NCBI GenBank assembly: GCA_963716275.1
Contig: CAVQTC010000011.1
Coordinates: forward strand, 24,901-88,900
From: an uncultured delta proteobacterium
Lineage (GTDB): Bacteria > Myxococcota_A > UBA9160 > UBA6930
Direction: 5' to 3'
DNA length: 64,000 nucleotides
Below, one piece after another: positions 63,545-64,000 of this stretch. The first letter of the stretch is position 1, and each line of letters opens with the position of its first letter. The notes beneath the pieces are model-generated. The model saw only the letters and a list, made by a program, of their open reading frames with translations. It was not told the DNA's origin and did not search any database. The translations under genes and the position numbers were made by a program.

Positions 63545-64000
63545 ATGCGGAGCTATCCGGCCGAGCGAGACGCGAAGGGCCTGCGGCTGGCCGTGGTCGT
63601 CGCGCGCTTCAACCACCCGATCTCGGCGAAGCTCCTCGAGGGCTGTGCGGCCCAGCTTTCGGAGCGCGGCGCGGCGGAGGACGATGTGCACGTCGCCTGG
63701 GTGCCGGGCGCCTTCGAGATCCCGCTCGCCGCGCGCAAGCTCGCCGCGAGCGGGCGTTATCACGCAATCGTCGCGCTCGGCGCGGTGATCCGCGGCGGCA
63801 CGCCCCACTTCGACTACGTCTGTCGCGGCGTGACCGACGGGATCACCGCCGTCATGCGCGACACGGGCGTGCCCGTCGCCTTCGGCGTGCTCACCACCGA
63901 TGACCTCGACCAGGCCCTGGCGCGCGCGGGCGGCAGCGAGGGCAACAAAGGGGCCGAGGCGGCGCTCGCAGCGATCGAGATGGCGCGCCTCGCGCTGGCG
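63545..64000 (+). CDS. ribH: 6,7-dimethyl-8-ribityllumazine synthase, 3'-partial
   Basis: VVARFN, WVPGAFEIP, LGAVIRGGTPHFDYV, FGVLTTD, NKG (translated from the raw sequence). Confidence 0.94.
   Translation, partial: MRSYPAERDAKGLRLAVVVARFNHPISAKLLEGCAAQLSERGAAEDDVHVAWVPGAFEIPLAARKLAASGRYHAIVALGAVIRGGTPHFDYVCRGVTDGITAVMRDTGVPVAFGVLTTDDLDQALARAGGSEGNKGAEAALAAIEMARLALA

Overview
This is a very GC-rich, gene-dense core-genome segment. Gene content and order point to a Myxococcota/deltaproteobacteria-like bacterium (inference). Positions 1-22.7 kb hold a histidine kinase, sigma54 regulator and TPR lipoprotein trio; lysM(tsaP-like)-dprA-trmFO-xerC-hslVU; a REC-GAF-GAF regulator; argB; a specialised J-domain/Hsp70 module; argG; an ABC1 kinase; and a diguanylate cyclase. 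Positions 22.7-44.8 kb hold aspS, glpAB plus a ferredoxin, icd-mdh-sucCD, korAB, a tgl/pilF-like pilotin and recO-glyQS-ppdK. Positions 44.8-64 kb hold tandem ECF sigma factors under a sigma54 promoter, tRNA-Glu, a pilA-pilin-pilGHI-pilD locus, tRNA-Gln and yceD-rpmF-fabD-acpP-fabF-(rpiB::glyA)-nrdR-ribD-ribH. Many essential genes carry single-base frameshifts, most likely read or assembly indels. The main unexplained signal is a family of long intergenic palindromes (five full copies and one half copy). They share GGGGACGYTS...SARCGTCCCC ends and GTNNAC motifs, but their self-complementary inner arms differ between copies. A second GGGGTCTGACCCC repeat family and a ~170-nt rod hairpin are also present. 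No cognate transposase, CRISPR array or prophage was seen.
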